A DNA stretch of 28,135 nt from NCBI GenBank assembly GCA_016930515.1, contig JAFGGO010000046.1, positions 1 to 28,135 on the forward strand. Direction: 5' to 3'. The translations under genes and the position numbers were made by a program. The first letter of the stretch is position 1. Each line of letters opens with the position of its first letter. Source of the stretch: Promethearchaeota archaeon. GTDB lineage: Archaea; Asgardarchaeota; Lokiarchaeia; Sigyniarchaeales; SOKP01. Below the pieces are notes generated by a model. It made no database searches, was not told the origin of the DNA, and saw only the letters and a program-made list of their open reading frames with translations. Positions 26,001 to 28,135 of this stretch are shown piece by piece.

Positions 26001-27045
26001 TAGCTGGAATATCTGTACCTTGAACCTCATCGTGAGTGGAAAAGTATAAAGCTTCAGAAAGAAGATTGAAATTTAGCATCCTCTCGATAGTCTCGTCCCA
26101 CGCGGGAACGGTGGAAAAGTATAAAGCTTCAGAAAGAAGATTGAAATCAACGTAATTAAAAGGGAGGTTTAGAACTGCCCGAATGTGGAAAAGTATAAAG
26201 CTTCAGAAAGAAGATTGAAATCTTTTAGCGGTTTGGCGTTAGAGGACTCGGACATCGATGTGGAAAAGTATAAAGCTTCAGAAAGAAGATTGAAATACGA
26301 TACCCATCGTATCGAGGGGTAAAAATAAAGTTTAGGTGGAAAAGTATAAAGCTTCAGAAAGAAGATTGAAATTTTATGGTTTTCCCTTCCTTATTTACTC
26401 GGTCATCGTTTGTGGAAAAGTATAAAGCTTCAGAAAGAAGATTGAAATATACTACTTTCGAAGTCCAAGATTATATACATATTGAAGTGGAAAAGTATAA
26501 AGCTTCAGAAAGAAGATTGAAATCGATCCTGTTCGTGTGTATTGGCATCCAATTAGATTTGTGGAAAAGTATAAAGCTTCAGAAAGAAGATTGAAATCTC
26601 AAAATACGGGTTGCCGTCGTACATGCCACTCACTCGTGGAAAAGTATAAAGCTTCAGAAAGAAGATTGAAATAACAATATCATTAGATATTACACGGGTT
26701 ATACTACTAGTGGAAAAGTATAAAGCTTCAGAAAGAAGATTGAAATAACCGCATACGTGGCTTGTGCGATCGTTGGTCTAGCGTGTGGAAAAGTATAAAG
26801 CTTCAGAAAGAAGATTGAAATTTTAACAATATCCATCCATACGTAAAATTATCCATTTGTGGAAAAGTATAAAGCTTCAGAAAGAAGATTGAAATGAATG
26901 TACGAATGAAAAAACCTGATAAAGTTATCGTACGTGGAAAAGTATAAAGCTTCAGAAAGAAGATTGAAATATCACATAAAATTGTTTTTTAATAAATATC
27001 ATGATTAAGTGGAAAAGTATAAAGCTTCAGAAAGAAGATTAAAAA
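23045..27045 (+). CRISPR. CRISPR array 2: 54 repeats / 53 spacers, repeat GTGGAAAAGTATAAAGCTTCAGAAAGAAGATTGAAAT (37 bp)
   Basis: 53 identical copies plus a terminal copy ending ATTAAAAA at 27009-27045; spacers 35-41 bp; same hairpin as array 1. Confidence 0.98.
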
Positions 27046-27102
27046 TCGAAAGGAAAAAGGATGTATGGCTTTTTCAGAAATGTGAAGGGGAAAATGTCAA
27101 GA

Positions 27103-28068
27103 TTATGTATTTATCATTTTTTGAAGAATGAGGGGCATAGAAATGATATCGAAATAATTATGTTCGATGCAATATTTCATCAAACCACCATTATTTCTTG
27201 GATTTTCCAAATATTTTCTATAATATTTTCCTATAACACTTCCATTAATGTCTCCTTTCCTATATATTTTTAATAATTTTTGCTCGACATTTGTCAATGA
27301 AAATCGATTAATCTCGTTTTTAAACAAGCGTCGACAATTATGATACAAATCCACATGATGGAACAGAAGTGAATTGGCTAGAAATGAACACTCATTGTAA
27401 TCACTTATGGGATCTTCATCAAAATAATACCTAAAGCGATTTTTAATAAATGGAATGTCGAAACTTTTACCATTATAACTAATAAGACACTTGAAATTAG
27501 GAAAAATTTTACTACGCAAATATTCGCAAATCGAGATTTCCTCCTCAAATTCCCTAGCGAAACAAACTCGCACATCAAAATTGGATTGGTTAAAAAATCC
27601 AATCCCAACCATGATAATTGGTTGAAAATATAATCCCAATGTTTCGATGTCAATGAATAATAAGTCTTTTTTTTGGAAACAAAAAAGTAAATCTAAGTCG
27701 TAGATATTATCGTGCTTTAAAAGCTTTTCAAAGTCCTTATTTTCTATTTGATTTAAAATCTCGTTAGCAGGACTTTGGAATCCTAAATGATATTTTAAAT
27801 CTTTAATGGTGTTAATACCCTTATTTCTTAAGGATTTTTCTGTTTTATTCCCAATATTAGAGATTGTCTCAAGCTTATAAAGCAAATTTTTTCTGGTTTG
27901 CTTTAATTGCAAATTATCATCAATTTTTTTTTGCCATCTAAATTGTAAAAACGATCCCATTTGATTTTGGAGGATTTTATTGTTGGGATAAATTTCTTCA
28001 ATTTTTTTTCCCCGATATTTTTCGAGAAAATAAGAAATATTAATATCGTCATTTGGAACCTCGGTCAT
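27103..28068 (-). CDS. YprB-like RNase H-fold (DEDDh) 3'-5' exonuclease with HhH motif
   Basis: FIDIETLGL, SYNGKSFDIPFI, HVDLY, SLTNVE, HNYFDI; HhH ISNIGNKTEKSLRNKGI. ATG at 28068 is preferred over TTG 28101 because of RBS AGGAG 8 nt upstream and TTTATAT near 28110-28116. Confidence 0.88.
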   Translation of the reverse strand: MTEVPNDDINISYFLEKYRGKKIEEIYPNNKILQNQMGSFLQFRWQKKIDDNLQLKQTRKNLLYKLETISNIGNKTEKSLRNKGINTIKDLKYHLGFQSPANEILNQIENKDFEKLLKHDNIYDLDLLFCFQKKDLLFIDIETLGLYFQPIIMVGIGFFNQSNFDVRVCFAREFEEEISICEYLRSKIFPNFKCLISYNGKSFDIPFIKNRFRYYFDEDPISDYNECSFLANSLLFHHVDLYHNCRRLFKNEINRFSLTNVEQKLLKIYRKGDINGSVIGKYYRKYLENPRNNGGLMKYCIEHNYFDIISMPLILQKMINT

Positions 28069-28135
28069 TTGGTCTTCTCCTAAAGGTGAACATTTGTTCA
28101 ATCCTTTAGATATAAATCACATTGAATAAATTTAA

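Overview
Archaeal defence region (BRE/TATA promoters, GAGGTGA-type RBSs, Csa3 and HFX_2341-type regulators). An Asgard/Loki-type host is plausible but cannot be proven from this window. The core is a type I-D CRISPR-Cas locus on the minus strand: [DUF2797-like, cas1, cas2, cas4, beta-CASP nuclease], csa3, [cas10d, separate cas11d-like gene, cas7/csc2, cas5/csc1, cas3', cas6], then an HFX_2341-type CARF regulator. Two plus-strand arrays bracket it (16 repeats/15 spacers and 54 repeats/53 spacers). Their 37-bp repeats differ at 4 positions and their 69-bp leader ends are homologous. Left of the locus are a DUF4268 nuclease-like gene and a putative three-gene operon: an unlisted 54-aa ORF, an SMC/Rad50-like coiled-coil ABC ATPase fused to a Regnase/Zc3h12a-like NYN RNase, and a wHTH/Zn-ribbon protein. 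This operon is the best candidate for an undescribed defence system. The second candidate is the CRISPR locus itself: the Cas10d HD dyad reads SD, while the adaptation operon carries an extra beta-CASP nuclease and a Cys-rich DUF2797-like gene. A YprB-like DEDDh exonuclease lies just beyond array 2. All family calls are from motif recognition by eye; no searches were run.
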